Assembly (NCBI GenBank): GCA_964016885.1
Contig: OZ024748.1
Coordinates: 36,270,001-36,334,000, forward strand
Direction of reading: 5' to 3'
DNA: 64,000 nucleotides
Source of the DNA: Eledone cirrhosa
Taxonomy: Eukaryota
The notes beneath the pieces are model-generated. The model saw only the letters and a program-made list of their open reading frames with translations, was not told where the DNA came from and made no database searches. The position numbers and the translations under genes were made by a program. Position 1 is the stretch's first letter. Each line of letters begins with the position of its first letter. Below, in pieces: positions 14,801 to 28,226 of the stretch.

Positions 14801-15170
14801 ACAAAACTGCATTCTTTATATTTGTCTCAGAGACAGCTGATCCATCATCCACTGGCCCTCTCTATGGCTCTAAGCCAGCAGAGTCATAACGACCAGGCTG
14901 CTCCTTGACAGTGTAATTAGGGGCTCTAACCCTAGTGCTGTTAGATCGACTCTCCATATTTCTTTTCAATGGCTGACAATACCTTACCGGCGCCACTCGA
15001 ATAAGGTAGTTATTTAACCCATAAATGGAGCCCTAACAGGTACTACCACCCCGGGCCAGGGCAGACCTGGGAGTCATGACAACTAAGGGGTAACTCCACA
15101 TTCCCCACATCTCCTGAACTCCCGAACTGGAGCCTTGCCACTGGATGTAGTTTAATGTCATACCCAGGAC
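11856..15170 (-). mobile_element. Near full-length RTE-clade non-LTR retrotransposon (single APE-RT ORF), inactivated
   Basis: APE motifs (GTLNVRT, ILAIQEHR, SAYSPT, LGDFNAH, QIDFIL, SDHRLV) lie in 13491-14852. RT motifs (PVPKKGD, QNGFR, FIDFRKAFDS, GVLQGDTLAP, FADD, YLG, LLYGSETW) lie in 11864-13530. There is a frameshift near 13530, an in-frame TAA at 12746-12748 and a TAG shortly after the likely ATG at 14957. The stop runs straight into an (ATAG)n tail. Confidence 0.93.
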
Positions 15171-15753
15171 ATCACATATATACATATATATATATACAGT
15201 ATCACATATATACATATATATATATATTCTCATACTTACTCACATACATATACACACACACACACACACTCTCAGATATGCATATACACATACTCACATA
15301 CATATACACATACAATAACACACACAATCAGACACACGGACACACTATTACACACACACATACAACAGAAATGTTTAGACAAAAGATCTTTTAGCTGCTA
15401 TTTTGTCATTTATTGAATTGGAACCGGAAATTAAAACAAGACAAAACAAAAACGACAAATAAACAAATAAACAAATAAATTAATTAATTAAAATAAAATT
15501 CTAAATAAAATTCTAAATAAAATTTGTTTAAAAACCGTTGAAGAAGAAATACCACCACCACCACCATTACAACCACCACCGCCACCATCAGAAAGAAGGG
15601 ATAAACATGCCAATCTATGTTTAGAAGCCTGAGCAACGCCGGGCCATTCTGCTGGTATATATATATATGTGTGTGTGTCTGTGTGTGTGTGTGCGCGCGC
15701 ATGTGTGAGTGTGTGTGTGTGTGTCTATGCATCTCTCTCTCTATCTATATATA

Positions 15754-15825
15754 CTGGGTGTCCCACAGAAATGTATAGATACTGATTAGAACGTTGTTGA
15801 AGTGTATATACATTTTTGGGACTCA
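15754..15825. mobile_element. Tiny Tc1/mariner-like MITE remnant
   Basis: Imperfect inverted ends GTGTCCCACAGAAATGTATA ... TATACATTTTTGGGACTC, flanked by TA. Confidence 0.4.
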
Positions 15826-15997
15826 TATATATATATATATATATATGTGTATGTATGTGTATGCGTGCATATGTGTGTGTGTATGCATATGAATGTTTGT
15901 ATGTGTGTTTATATATGTATATCTATATGTGTGTGTGTTTATTTATGTAGGCATGTATGCATGCATAATATGTATGGTATACAAACCTATTTATTAA

Positions 15998-16186
<189 letters not shown>

Positions 16187-17371
16187 TAATTTGGCCAGGT
16201 AAATCATATATTTCGGTATTTCTATAGAAGCAACTCTTTGTCTTCTATTGTTATGTCAATGTTTGATTATTTGTACTCTTAATATAGAAATATGAGAGTT
16301 TATAGAACATTTTATTGAGTTTATTTGATGAAAGGTAGGAGGAATCTAACATTTTGGCTCTTGCTCATCGTCTCAAAAACAAGTCTTTTTCTTTCTTTCT
16401 CACTTTACAAAACTAAAACGTTAGTATTCCTTTTACTATTTATTCAGGAAAAGAAGTTCAGTACCCATGAGAACTTTTAGGGCCTCGTAAACTAGTGAGA
16501 AGGTGAGATGGAGGAAGGCATCCTCAAGGTGAAGATTTGTTCCCTAATTCTTGCAATAGAGTGGAGTCCTCTAAAGTCATTCGAGCTGAAGATGTTGGGG
16601 CTAGACGTGTTTAGAATCCATATTGGTTATAGAGGAATATTAACTGAGAACTAAAATAGTCGATACAACTAACACAAGGTACCGTCCCATACTTTCATAG
16701 ACTCTGAAAGGAAGAAAATCAAAGTTGACATCGGTGGAATTTGAACTCAGATTCCAAAGAGCCGGATCAAATAATACCACGTCACAATTTCTCCTACACT
16801 CTAATACCTCTACCAATTCGCCGCCATCTTTCTCTTCTTACGTCAACTGAATTTATTAAATCTTTCTCAACTTTCCTACGGAGTAATTACACAGACCATC
16901 CTACACCATGGATTAAAGTTTAACCTGAAAGGTTTGTATTGAAAGTGTCGAAGGTTAAAAAATGACGTTTAACAATTCTCTACAAATATTTTAAAACCCT
17001 AATATTGGTATTTTCCAGAAAGTTAGTGTGTCTATCCTCATGGGAAATTTTGTCACTGTATTAATACATGGTTGTGTCTCTTTTTAGTTGTAATTGATAC
17101 GTTATTAACAGTCGTCACTCCTTGGCTAGTCGTTTAGCTCGTTTTAGTACATTATCGTCTTTGTCAATAGGCTTTTGTCATTTTTCACAGAAAGATATGA
17201 TGTCACATATTTGATATTATTTATTACTTTGCCTTTCATCCTTACTGGAAATTATTTGGCTAATATTTACTTATTCAATTGTTGTGTTGTACATACCTCT
17301 TCTTCTTTTATATTTACCGGATACACTTGATTTTTTGTATTATGTATTTTACGTATATGTATATGTTCCAG

Positions 17372-17536
17372 TAGGCGGTGAATTGGCAGAGTCGTTGGAA
17401 CATCGGATAGAATGTTTTATGGTGTTCCAGCTCTCTTCTCTCGTAGTTTAAATCCCGCCGAGGTCAACTTTGCCTTTCATCCTTTCATTTTTTTTGAGGT
17501 CGATAAAAAAGTACCAGTCTAGAACTAGGGTTGATT
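17372..17536 (+). mobile_element. tRNA-derived SINE with Deu/Nin-like core
   Basis: A-box-like TGGCAGAGTCGTTGG, B-box-like GTTTAAATCCC, core GTCAACTTTGCCTTTCATCCTTTC...GGTCGATAAAA.AGTACCAG. Confidence 0.7.
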
Positions 17537-17877
17537 CTTCCTCTATATTCCTTTCTCATTTCCTCTCTCTCACTTTCTATCTTTCCCTGAAAGAAATCTG
17601 CTGTACTCAGGCCCGGAGAGGGATGTGCTCCACCAGGCTTAAAATGCCCACGAAATGCCGTATGTCAATATGGCACCCCTACAACTTCCTCGGAAGTTAC
17701 GGGACCATACATGCATACATACATATGTTCGGGTAGAGAGAGGTCTGACAGCAGCATTTTTTAAGCTTTAGTGTCATCAGAACCAAATCATGATCACTGT
17801 TAACATTTGAACCACGAAAAGTCCTAATCCTGGCCTTATTGATACTGGACTCGAACTTTTGAAGTGCGAGGATAAAG

Positions 17878-18170
17878 TCAAATGGAAAACATCTGGCAAG
17901 AGACTCTCCAAGAGTTCCATACCTCTGTTTCCATTGGAGGAAGGCCTATTTCCAACCCGCGATTTGCTGATGGCATTTATTTGTTAGGAAGCGGTCAAAC
18001 AGAACTCCAGGAGCTTGCTACCAGACTGGAGACAGTACCTGGAGCATATAGAATGGAGATCAGCTCAGAACAGAGCAATATTCCGGTTAATAGTAATAAC
18101 CAGAATATAGCAACCAACATCCTGCTGAACAAAGGAAGACTTGAAGAAGTGGTCACATTCAAGTACCTAG
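17878..18170 (+). pseudogene. Degenerate RTE-like reverse transcriptase fragment
   Basis: SIGGRPISNPRFADGI...MEISSEQS...LEEVVTFKYL, i.e. a decayed LRFADD..KYLG region. Confidence 0.75.
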
Positions 18171-18458
18171 AACTGTGGACAGGGATGGAAATGATAGGTA
18201 CGAAGCAGGACGAGGTATCCTTAATTTTCAGTTTCCGGGGATAGATGGCTTACAGAGTCTCCCAGTTCGAAACTCAGCCTCCTTGACTTTAACTTGCCCA
18301 GATTTCCAGGAACTCCACTTTCAATCTTTACCTGTAGGTGTTACTTAACCTATCTTATTCCAATAACCGATCAATACACTCCAATCAAGTTCTCTTCAAT
18401 TCTGTTTTGCAAGGGGAAAACAACCCTGCCTATTATTTCTCTTCTTATTATATTGTAG

Positions 18459-18629
18459 GTATCGCACAAATCTTTTGATGATCGAATTCTGAAGTTTACC
18501 ATGTTCGATGTTGATCGTCACAGACGTCACAATGTCATTGGTCATGCGTTGTTCCCGCTCAAAGAATATGATTGCGAGAATAACGAGAGAATGGTTATTT
18601 GGCGAGACCTCGAAAAAGAGGTTTCAGAG
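18459..18629 (+). CDS. SYT15: Synaptotagmin-15-like exon (end of C2A): VSHKSFDDRILKFTMFDVDRHRRHNVIGHALFPLKEYDCENNERMVIWRDLEKEVSE
   Basis: Splice sites gtAG / GTgagg; 171 nt, phase 0-0, in frame with the neighbouring exons. Confidence 0.9.
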
Positions 18630-19167
18630 GTGAGGTCTAAATGTTTATTATGTCACTTATTAAATGTTATTTTGTTGTTTTTGTTGATTCTGTTTGTTTA
18701 ATTGAAGTCAATTGACATCTTTCACTCGCAGAGTTCTACACTGGCAACCGCCATATTTTTCGTTTTTCTTTTAAAGTTTATCTGCAGATTTTTAGTTTGG
18801 TGGAGAATTAACCGATATTATTGATTGGAAACTGGTACGATACAAACTAATCCAAAGACCAGGTATTCGGTAGCACCGCTGTCAATAATAATAATAAAAA
18901 TAACAACTCAAAGGGGAAGAAAACGTGGATTATATCGACACCAGTATTTCACTGGTATTTTAGGCAAACTTAATTCCGTAACATCAGAGGTTCTCAAATG
19001 TTTGGGGTCACCTGATACCCTCAGCACCCCACCTCACGCCCCCTCCCCCAACTCTATTTACAGAGAGATCTGCTTACTCACAAAGTGTAATAAGTAATAT
19101 AATATATACTAGTGTATCATATACTATATATACTAGTGTATCATATAATATATATACTAGTGTATCA

Positions 19168-20792
19168 CCTCTACCACTCCCCACCGTCCCCTTAGGTCCC
19201 AGCACCCACTTTGATAACCTCCAGCAGACACTAAGGAACCTACTAGTTTGTTGCCTATCAATACTGATGACTTCACCGAGAAGGAAGTCCGCATGGCCAT
19301 CAAAACCCTTAAGAATAACAAGTCACCAGGTATGGATGGCATTTCTGCTGAAATGCTGAAGTCAGGAGGTGAAAGCATGGTCAAGTGGATGGGCCACTTA
19401 TGTAATCTTGTGTGGAACACGGGTGAAGTCCCAGAAGATTGGAGAAACGGAGCGGTTGTCTGTATCCCCAAGAAGGGCAACCTTGCCGATTGTGACAACT
19501 GGAGGGGAGTGACACTTCTCTCCATACCAGGGAAGGTCTATTGTCTGATGATCCTGAACCGCATACATGGCATGCTAGACCGGGAACTGCGAGAACAACA
19601 GGCAGGGTTCCGACTAAAACGTTCCTGTGCAGAGCATATCTTTACGTTACGCCGCATCATTGAGAGGTACAACGAATTCCAGAGGCCCCTCGCCGTCAGC
19701 TTCATCGATTTCTCCAAAGCATTCGATAGCATTCATCGGCCGTCACTCTGGAGCATCATGCATGAGTATGGTCTGCCCCAGAAAGTCATTTCAGCAATCA
19801 AACAGATTTATGCAAACTCCAAGTGCTGCATACGGACAGAGGATGGTTACAGTGACTGGTTTGAGGTGGTTACTGGTGTGCGTCAGAGTTGCTCGCTCTC
19901 TCCAATTCTCTTTGCCATAGCCATTGACTGGGTACTAAGAAGAGCGTCTAAAGACCAGGGTATATCTTGGGTGGGAGAGCAAAAGTTGTCTGACCTGGAC
20001 TTTGCGGACGATATTGTTGCACTTGCAGAGAGCACAGCTGACCTGCAAATCATTATGAACAATATCAATGTCGAAGCAGGAAGCTTAGGTCTCAATATCA
20101 GCACTAAGAAGACCAAAAGCATGTTATCTGGGACACACCCATCACCAACTAGTGTTTTCATTGAGCAGGGGGTGGGGTGGAGATAGTGGACAACTTCACC
20201 TACCTAGGAAGCTCCATTGACAATGGGGGCGCCATGGACAGTGAATTGCAATGTAGAATGGGAAAGGCTTCAGCAGCATTTAAACAGCTTGTCAAGATCT
20301 GGAAGAGCAGGAAGTTCACCCTCAAAACAAAGATGAGATTCTACAACAGCAACGTGCTGTCCATACTCTTGTACGGAAGTGAAACATGGCACCTTAAGAC
20401 CAGCCAAGAGAAGAAGTTGGACGCATTCGATTCCAGGTGTCTGCGAAAGATTCTGGGGATTAAATGGAGTGACCATGTAACAAACCAGGAAGTCAGGAAC
20501 CGCACCAACCAGCAGCTAGTCTCTTCTACCATCTGCAAGCGACGCCTGGGCTGGTTTGGGCACGCTTTGAGACTTCCCCCGGAGAGACTGGCGAACCAAG
20601 TACTTAAATGGAACCCACAGGGAAGCAGACGGAGAGAGCGACCCAAAATGAACTGGCGCCAGACAGTTGAGAGGGACCTGCGAGCTACAAACAGACAATG
20701 GCGGGACGCTGTGCAACTGGCTGCTGACCGAACGCGGTGGAACACTGTGATTGCCTCATGCGTCGCAAGACGCGGGAGCTTCTGAGTGAGCT
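19168..20792 (+). mobile_element. 5'-truncated RTE-like LINE (RT and C-terminus), one frameshift near 20177
   Basis: KSPGMDGI, IPKKG, NWRGVTLLS, QAGFR, FIDFSKAFDS, LSPILF, LDFADD, FTYLGS, LLYGSETW, WFGH; very short 3' end with (TGAG)2. Confidence 0.92.
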
Positions 20793-20863
20793 TACATCAA
20801 CCCCATACACTTGAGCCCGGTTGTACTTAAATACAAAGAGCCGTAACCAAATACTGCAATGTA

Positions 20864-20899
<36 letters not shown>

Positions 20900-21568
20900 C
20901 CACGCACACAGGCACACACACACGCACACACACACACACGCACACACGCGCGCGTGGGCGGACATGCAGACAGACAAAGAGACAGACAGACAGACAGGCA
21001 GACAGACAGACAGACAGACAGAGAGAGAGAGAGTTGAGGCTACCTTATTAGTAAAATTTAGATATTTTTAAAACCACTTGGTAAGTTTTTAAGCCGTTCG
21101 ATCAAAATAAAATGAAATTCAATCGCAGCCGAAATGCTGGATATGCTAAACTAAAGAAATAAAATATATATTTCTCAAAATACCTGAATATTTGTCATAC
21201 TTTTATATAAAACGAAATCGTTAATTTTTTTTCTCCCTGTTAGTTATATCTTCTTAATCTTACATATGCATACTTAGGAATTTACAATATTCGTCACAAG
21301 TATGAAAATACACTCTTGACAGATGCAATGTGTCCGAACACGGAAGAACCGAACCCCCACCGACATCGCTCCCATTTCTCTCGCCCTCCCCATCTCTCTG
21401 TATTATGAGTAAATGAGGTCCCACGTGCTGGCCGCCCCACAACCCCGGCAGACAGAATGGAGAAGGCGTTTCTCCGGAGATGCTAGGGAAGATGCGCTGG
21501 AAGAGCCATTCTTATCTGTTGTCGTTTTAAAAACTTATATTGAATTATTTTGTTTTGTTTTGTTTCAG

Positions 21569-21695
21569 TCAACGTCTGATAAAGGGGAAATTTTCATCGC
21601 CCTGTCTTATAACAGTCACTTAGAACGCCTTACCACAGCTATATTTGAAGCAAGGGACCTCAAAAAGACAGACGGGAATACCAATGTCGGATTGG
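21569..21695 (+). CDS. SYT15: Synaptotagmin-15-like exon (start of C2B): STSDKGEIFIALSYNSHLERLTTAIFEARDLKKTDGNTNVGL
   Basis: Splice sites ttcAG / GTaata; C2B strand motif GEI..LSY....RLT..I.EAR.L; phase 0-1. Confidence 0.88.
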
Positions 21696-21809
21696 GTAAT
21701 AATTAGATTGATAATTTGTTGGAGTTTTATTTTAATATAAACAGTCGTAATTACATACTGCAATATAATATACACACACATACACATACGTACAAAGACA
21801 CAGCCACAA

Positions 21810-21850
<41 letters not shown>

Positions 21851-21944
21851 GGTGTAATCTGATTGTGTTGGTCTATACACATTTGAATATCATACAAGAT
21901 TTGAGTGTTTAATTATAGTGGGAGAATAACGTCTGTAATGTTTC

Positions 21945-22009
<65 letters not shown>

Positions 22010-22511
22010 CAAGCAAATTATAAACGTAAACATGTAAGTATGTTTTTGAAACGGTGCGCGAGTTTCAAATTAGAAATTATAAGCTTTCACCGTATTTTGT
22101 ACGGCAACACTCAACTTTTTCCATTTCTCTGAGGGTTATAAACCCCACTATCAGCCTAGAAATTTCTTTAGTGTAAAATACGGTGAAAGCTTATAGTTTC
22201 TAAAATTTTTTCCTATTTCCCACTCTACTACCCTAAGTATTGAGTACTCTGGTGCGTTATGGTCCATCTGGTTCCTTACCACATTTCCTTTATTATATAT
22301 ATATATATCTATATGTAGATAAATCTACCAAAATAAACGGTTGTGTCCAATCCGTATGAAGAACTCAATGTAATCCAAATATAGAAGATATCATGAAAAG
22401 AGAAAATGCATTCAAAATTTAACGATAAAAATCATAGGAAAACAGAGTCAAGATAAATTAATAAAAACAATGAAATAAAAACAAAGAACAGGTTCCTTAT
22501 ATTGAAAAAAA

Positions 22512-22650
22512 TCATCATTTTGCGATCGTTTCTGGGATATATATGTGTTGGTATGTATATCTTATTAAAGATCTATGTAAAAAAATATTACAAATTATCA
22601 GAGGAGATATACATACCTTCACTTATATATGCCATCTTCAGAAATTATGA
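22512..22650 (-). ncRNA. Type I hammerhead, long-stem-II family (cleavage triplet mutated to GCA)
   Basis: TCATAATTT-CTGAAGA-long stem II-GAAAC GATC GCA-AAATGATGA. Confidence 0.6.
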
Positions 22651-25108
22651 AGTATGTTTATTGTAAGAAACAAAGTATTAATACAAAAAGTCTGTTTGGG
22701 AATAGGTTTTGAATTGACCAATAGAAAAGAGTTAGAGGTCAAGTTAATAGAATAACAGTAGTAGAACTTTATGCTAGGAGTGGAGGAATGTAAATTTACG
22801 CTTTGAATGAAAAGAATACAATGAGGAAGAGAGAGATAAGGTTAAAATGAGGTCAAGTCAAGGAGATAGTGAAGGATTCCCCCAAAAATTGATTTTATTA
22901 AAGAATGCTGTTAAAAACGAAGGGAACATTTTTTTTTTTGTTGGGTGAAAGTGTTAGTGAGAGATACTACTGTTTAAATTTCAAGGAACCTAGATACATA
23001 AAAGGAAATTAAATTAATTGATAGGTATACTTATAGAGTTAAAATTATATTAATTCTTATGAATGTGATAAATAAAGAAGTAAAAAAAAAAAAAGTAAAA
23101 ATATATATATAGAAAAACTGAAATAGATAAAATATTATAAAAAGTAATGTATCTATCAAAACATCCATAATATTAAAGATATTAATTATATTTACTAATC
23201 CTAGGTATTAAATGTGATAGATATGGGATGCGGTTAAAGGAAGTAGTGAGGTTAAAGATAACTTTAGGTAAAGTGAACTGCAAGAGGGAAATAAAATGAT
23301 GATATCCTCTGTAGTAAATATTTAATTATAGGTTAACTAAATTTAAAAAAAAATTTTTAATTAATTATAATAATTTGTAAAATATAAGAGCGAGGTATAT
23401 ATTAATTAAGTTTATAATATTTGAAGGTTTTTTTAATTCTATGATTGCATGATATAATTAATTCCTGTCGCTTATTTAATAGGATATTATTAGATTTCAT
23501 GATTTCAAATAGTTCTTGGGAGCATAACCTACACTCATATCTGCTATTTTGATAAGGGGTGGCCCTTTTGAGTACGCTCCAGGTCAGGTTGTAATCAATG
23601 TCCTTCTTTCTATAATTATTAATTGCTTCAGCCAAGGAGGTTGGAGGTTGTATTAGCTAATGCGGCATTTTTAAAACTATGTTTGTGGGTATTAAATCTT
23701 ACTTTAAATTGGTTAGACGTAGCTCCTATATAGGATTGAGTGGAGTCCTTAGTACTAATTACACAATTATAGACTATGTTATTAATAAGACAATTTCCCT
23801 TTAATGGGCAATTTCTTTTGATTCTACAGTTACAGCCATTCGTAAATATTGTATCAGAAGTGTTAATTGTGTTATCTATAGTGGTATTAGTGTTAGTATT
23901 TACATTAACGTATGGTTTAAAATGGGTTGTAATTAGATTAGTATGGTTAGACAGGTTGTTGGTGGGTCATAGTTTAGTGGATGTGGAGCGAGTAGAGTTC
24001 TGCTTGTTTTGGAGATTATTAGTCAAAATTGGTTTGGAGTTTAGGTGAAGAAGAAGGTGGTTTGTTTGGGTTTATTTTAGTATTATTATGGTTGGTTTGA
24101 TGTGTTGGTGGTATATTTATGGTTTTATTACACTTATATGTGTTGTAAGCACTTATATTCTGTTGTATATTCTTGGTAGTGGAGTAGGAAAATTTGACAG
24201 TAGATCTATTTAAAATTTGATGGTATTTATGGTTTGGTTGGAAGTTTTTCTCTAGGATAGCAAAGAATTTTTTAGGGATATGGTCTTTAATCTGTAAATT
24301 AAATGGAGCATTATACCAAGTAACTCGTCTATAACGGTTTCGACATTGTCTCTTATATTTATATGATGTATCGGGAGGTTTACTGAGAGAGTTAGTATTA
24401 GTGATTTTATTAAATATAGGTTTAGTTAGATTAATTGATGTTTTAGTCTGATTACTACAGAGAATTTCATAATTTTATTTCCCTCTTGCAGCTCACTTTA
24501 CCTAAAGTTATCTTTAACCTCACTACATCCTTTAACCGCATCCCCTATTTATCACATTTAATACCTATCATTAGTAAATATAATTAATATCTTTAATATT
24601 ATGAATGTTTAGATAGATACACTACTTTTTATAATATTTTATCTATTTCAGTTTTTTATATATATATATATATTTTTTTAACTTCTTTATTTATCACATT
24701 CATAAGAATTAATATAATTTTAACTCTGTAAGCATACCTATCAATTAATTTAATTTCCTTTTATGTATCTAGGTTCCTTGAAATTTAAACAGGAGTAGTA
24801 TCTCTCACTAATACTTTCATTACACAAAAAAAATGTTCCCTTCGTTTTTAACAGCATTCTTTAATAACATCAATTTTTGGGGGAATCCTTCACTATCTCC
24901 TTGACTTGACCTCATTTTAACCTTATCTCTCTCTTCCCCATTGTATTCATTCAAAGCATAAATTTACATTCCTCCACTCCTAGCATGAAGTTCTACTACT
25001 GTTATTCTATTAACTTGACCTCTAACTCTTTTCTATTGGTCAATTCAAAACCTGTTCCCAAACAGACTTTTTGTATTAATACTTTGTTTCTTTCAATAAA
25101 CATACTTT

Positions 25109-25236
25109 ATCATTTCTGAAGATGACATATATAGGTGAAGGTATGTATATGATAATTTGTAATATTTTTACATAGATCTTTAACATGATATACATACCAA
25201 CACACATATATATCCCAGAAAAGATCGTAAAATGAT
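25109..25236 (+). ncRNA. Type I hammerhead, long-stem-II family (stem III mismatch)
   Basis: ATCATTT-CTGAAGA-...-GAAAAGATCGTA-AAATGAT. Confidence 0.6.
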
Positions 25237-25286
25237 GACTTTTTCAATATAAGGAACCTGTTCTTTGTTTTATTTCATTGTTTTTA

Positions 25287-25338
<52 letters not shown>

Positions 25339-25457
25339 TATGTTGGTTGCTTACCGACACCTCAGTATGTAGATTGGAGCATACTCATACATATGTCCAT
25401 ACATGGATACTGTTGTTTAAAATTATACATACATAAATACTTACATATATGTATATA

Positions 25458-25566
<109 letters not shown>

Positions 25567-25594
25567 ATATATATGTATGTATATAATATGTGTA

Positions 25595-25633
<39 letters not shown>

Positions 25634-26325
25634 GGAATGAATGCACCTGAGCCTGTGTTTGTGCGTGTGTGCCTGCAACGATGTGCGTTGACATACACGC
25701 ATATGTACTTTATACGGAAATGGGAACTGTAGTTCCTTTGGATTTCCGGATTGTGACACTCAGGTTTTTGGTGTTACACTCCACTTTTATCTCATTTGCT
25801 CTTAAAACGCACCACCCGATGATAATGTAAGAATTGTAATTCTTTACACTTCTCTGACACACAGGTTTTCTACTGCAGTTAATATTTTTCAAATCTTTCA
25901 AATTTTGATATTGATTGTAACACACGCTTTTTTATGTTTGGCACCCTTCACCACGTGAAATGGTGGCAGGATAGATGCCAACCTACACACACAAATTCTT
26001 CAGAACATAGCAGCAGCACACTAAAGCTGACCCCTTAACACCACTACCACTACCAACACGATGGAGGCGGTCAGCTGTACAAAAACAACTACAACAGATT
26101 GTCTTGCCTCAGAAAAATTTCTATAGACTTTTGACTGAGGTATGTTTTCACAACTGACCAATGGCATGCGAGCGTGTCCTATGACGCCGAAATTTGTTTG
26201 TTCTAACACATATGATTCCAGTTCCTCAGAGGAATGACAGCACTACCAGGAGCTGGACATATCGATGTCTTGATGGAGTAAAACACACTTCAACATGTGT
26301 ACCTGTCTTTCCCACACCACTTCGG

Positions 26326-26380
26326 ACTGCCTGAAGAGGTCACAGCCAATGATGGCTGTCACCGAAATATATATAGCAGT
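26326..26380 (+). ncRNA. Type I hammerhead ribozyme, minimal palindromic stem III
   Basis: ACTGC-CTGAAGA-GGTcACAGCCA atga TGGCTGTcACC-GAAAT ATAT ATA-GCAGT; all three stems pair. Confidence 0.88.
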
Positions 26381-26494
26381 ATATCTATAATTTATAATAA
26401 ACGAAGCCAAATTTTACATATTTGACTTAATTATTTTATTTTATATATATATATACACTCACCCTCTCTCTCTTTATATATACATGTATATATA

Positions 26495-26714
26495 TATATA
26501 TATATATATCCTAGAAACGATCGTAAAATGATGAATTTTTTAATATAAGGAACTGTTTCTTTATTTTTATTCATTATTTTTATTAATTTATCTTGACTCT
26601 GTTTTCCTGTGTTTTTCATGGAAAAATTTTTGAATACATCTTCTCTTTTCATGATATTTGGATTACATTGAGTTCTTCATAAGGATTGGACACTACCGTA
26701 TATTTTGGTAGATT

Positions 26715-26721
<7 letters not shown>
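26495..26721 (+). mobile_element. Solo 3'-terminal fragment of the long-stem-II PLE family
   Basis: Starts within HHR stem II (..CCTAGAAACGATCGTAAAATGATGA) and ends ..GGTAGATTTATCTAC, like the copies at 22313, 40271 and 62150. Confidence 0.8.
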
Positions 26722-26788
<67 letters not shown>

Positions 26789-26792
<4 letters not shown>

Positions 26793-27124
26793 TTAGTTAA
26801 GCAAAACAAGACCATAAATTTCACAAGGAAGACATTATTAAAAGATTGTCAACATATTTTAGTTTGATGTAAGGAATGTAGAGAATAATAATAATAATAT
26901 TAAAAATAATAATGTCCGTTTACAATTGTTTCGCTACTCCATATAATGTTTCTGGATCAAATGACTATATATCATTATTGATCTGGTTCAGTTGAAAATA
27001 ATTAACATATTATTATTATTATTATTCTCTACATTCCTTACATCAAACTAAAATATGTTGACAATCTTTTAATAATGTCTTCCTTGTGACATTTGTGGTC
27101 TTGTTTTGCTTAACTAATGAATAT
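26789..27124. repeat. Fold-back element (~120-bp inverted arms) enclosing a 3' half hammerhead on the minus strand
   Basis: Arms ~26789-26905 and ~27008-27124; the minus strand of the spacer reads GCGAAAC AATT GTA AACGGAC but no CTGANGA is present. Confidence 0.75.
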
Positions 27125-27310
27125 TTCCAGCTCTGTGCGCCTAACTTCTGCATGAACCCAGCCACCTAGCTGCTTTCCACTGCATATTGCACATTGAGCA
27201 CATGCCTTTACGCTTTGGCTTCTAATTAATTCACCAATCTCTCCTCTCCTATCTCCATGTCTCCCTTTAAGATTGGTTACTCTTGAACTGTGTGTATATA
27301 TATATATATC

Positions 27311-27460
<150 letters not shown>

Positions 27461-27691
27461 GATAACAAAATATCGTTATAGGTAATCTAGTTAGAGGTTG
27501 TGAATACTTCGTATTATGGATAGTTTTAGTGTACGGCGTTGTTTGACTCAACAACAGGTTTACGTAGGTGGCGAGTTTATGAGTTCTCTTGCATTCCTAT
27601 CTAAGTTTATCTTGGAGTAATAATATTGAAAGAGTGAAGAATAATATTATTAATGATGCTGTAATTTGAATTCGTAAAAACTGAACAAATA

Positions 27692-27805
27692 ACAGGTTCT
27701 CTGATGATCTGGTTAAGCTAACAACGTATTTAAAATTGAGTGGCACAGCTCCAAGTGTTCAGCAATTTTTAGACAACTTAATCAGTGAAACAATTGTCAG
27801 ACTGT
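27692..27805 (+). ncRNA. Type I hammerhead ribozyme with ~80-nt stem II domain, GUC site
   Basis: ACAGgtTCT-CTGATGA-t-CTGGTTAAG...CTTAATCAG-t-GAAAC AATT GTC-AGACTGT. Lies within a module bounded by 21-bp inverted ends (27624-27644 / 27838-27858). Confidence 0.85.
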
Positions 27806-27853
27806 AAATAAAACCCTTTTTTGTACTGTTGACCATGTTATTCTTCACTCTTT

Positions 27854-27941
<88 letters not shown>

Positions 27942-28226
27942 ATGTGCAATTTGTCCTATTTAGAGATAATAGGTTCCTAACAAAAGAACTCTGAGATGTA
28001 CCCAACACAACAAAATTTACAAACCCTCCACCATTCTCTATACTTAAGCAACATGTTGTTTTACAAATTATATATACATAGGGGCTATGGAACTGGTGAT
28101 TCAACGATTTATCTTCGGTTAATTATGAAAATATTAAAATGTTTTGTTTTGTGAGAGAGGATGATAGGAAAAGAAATGTTTTTCTTCGTTGTCTAACTTC
28201 TTAATGAGTCTTTTCATGTTTGATAG

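Larger units (their letters stand above)
22313..25292 (-). mobile_element. 5'-truncated Penelope-like element (GIY-YIG C-terminal part at ~23402-24450) with ~830-bp inverted copy of its 3' UTR
   Basis: The minus strand encodes RRVTWYNAPF..GCNCR..CPLKGNCL..YIGATSNQFKVRF..WSVLKRATPY..CRLC, homologous to ORF 54084. Segment 22456-23298 is repeated in inverted orientation at 24473-25292; both ends abut (TA)n. Confidence 0.9.

Noticed and set aside
12350-14889. Plus-strand ORFs overlapping the RTE element
   Set aside because: Antisense shadows of the LINE coding sequence with no recognisable motifs.
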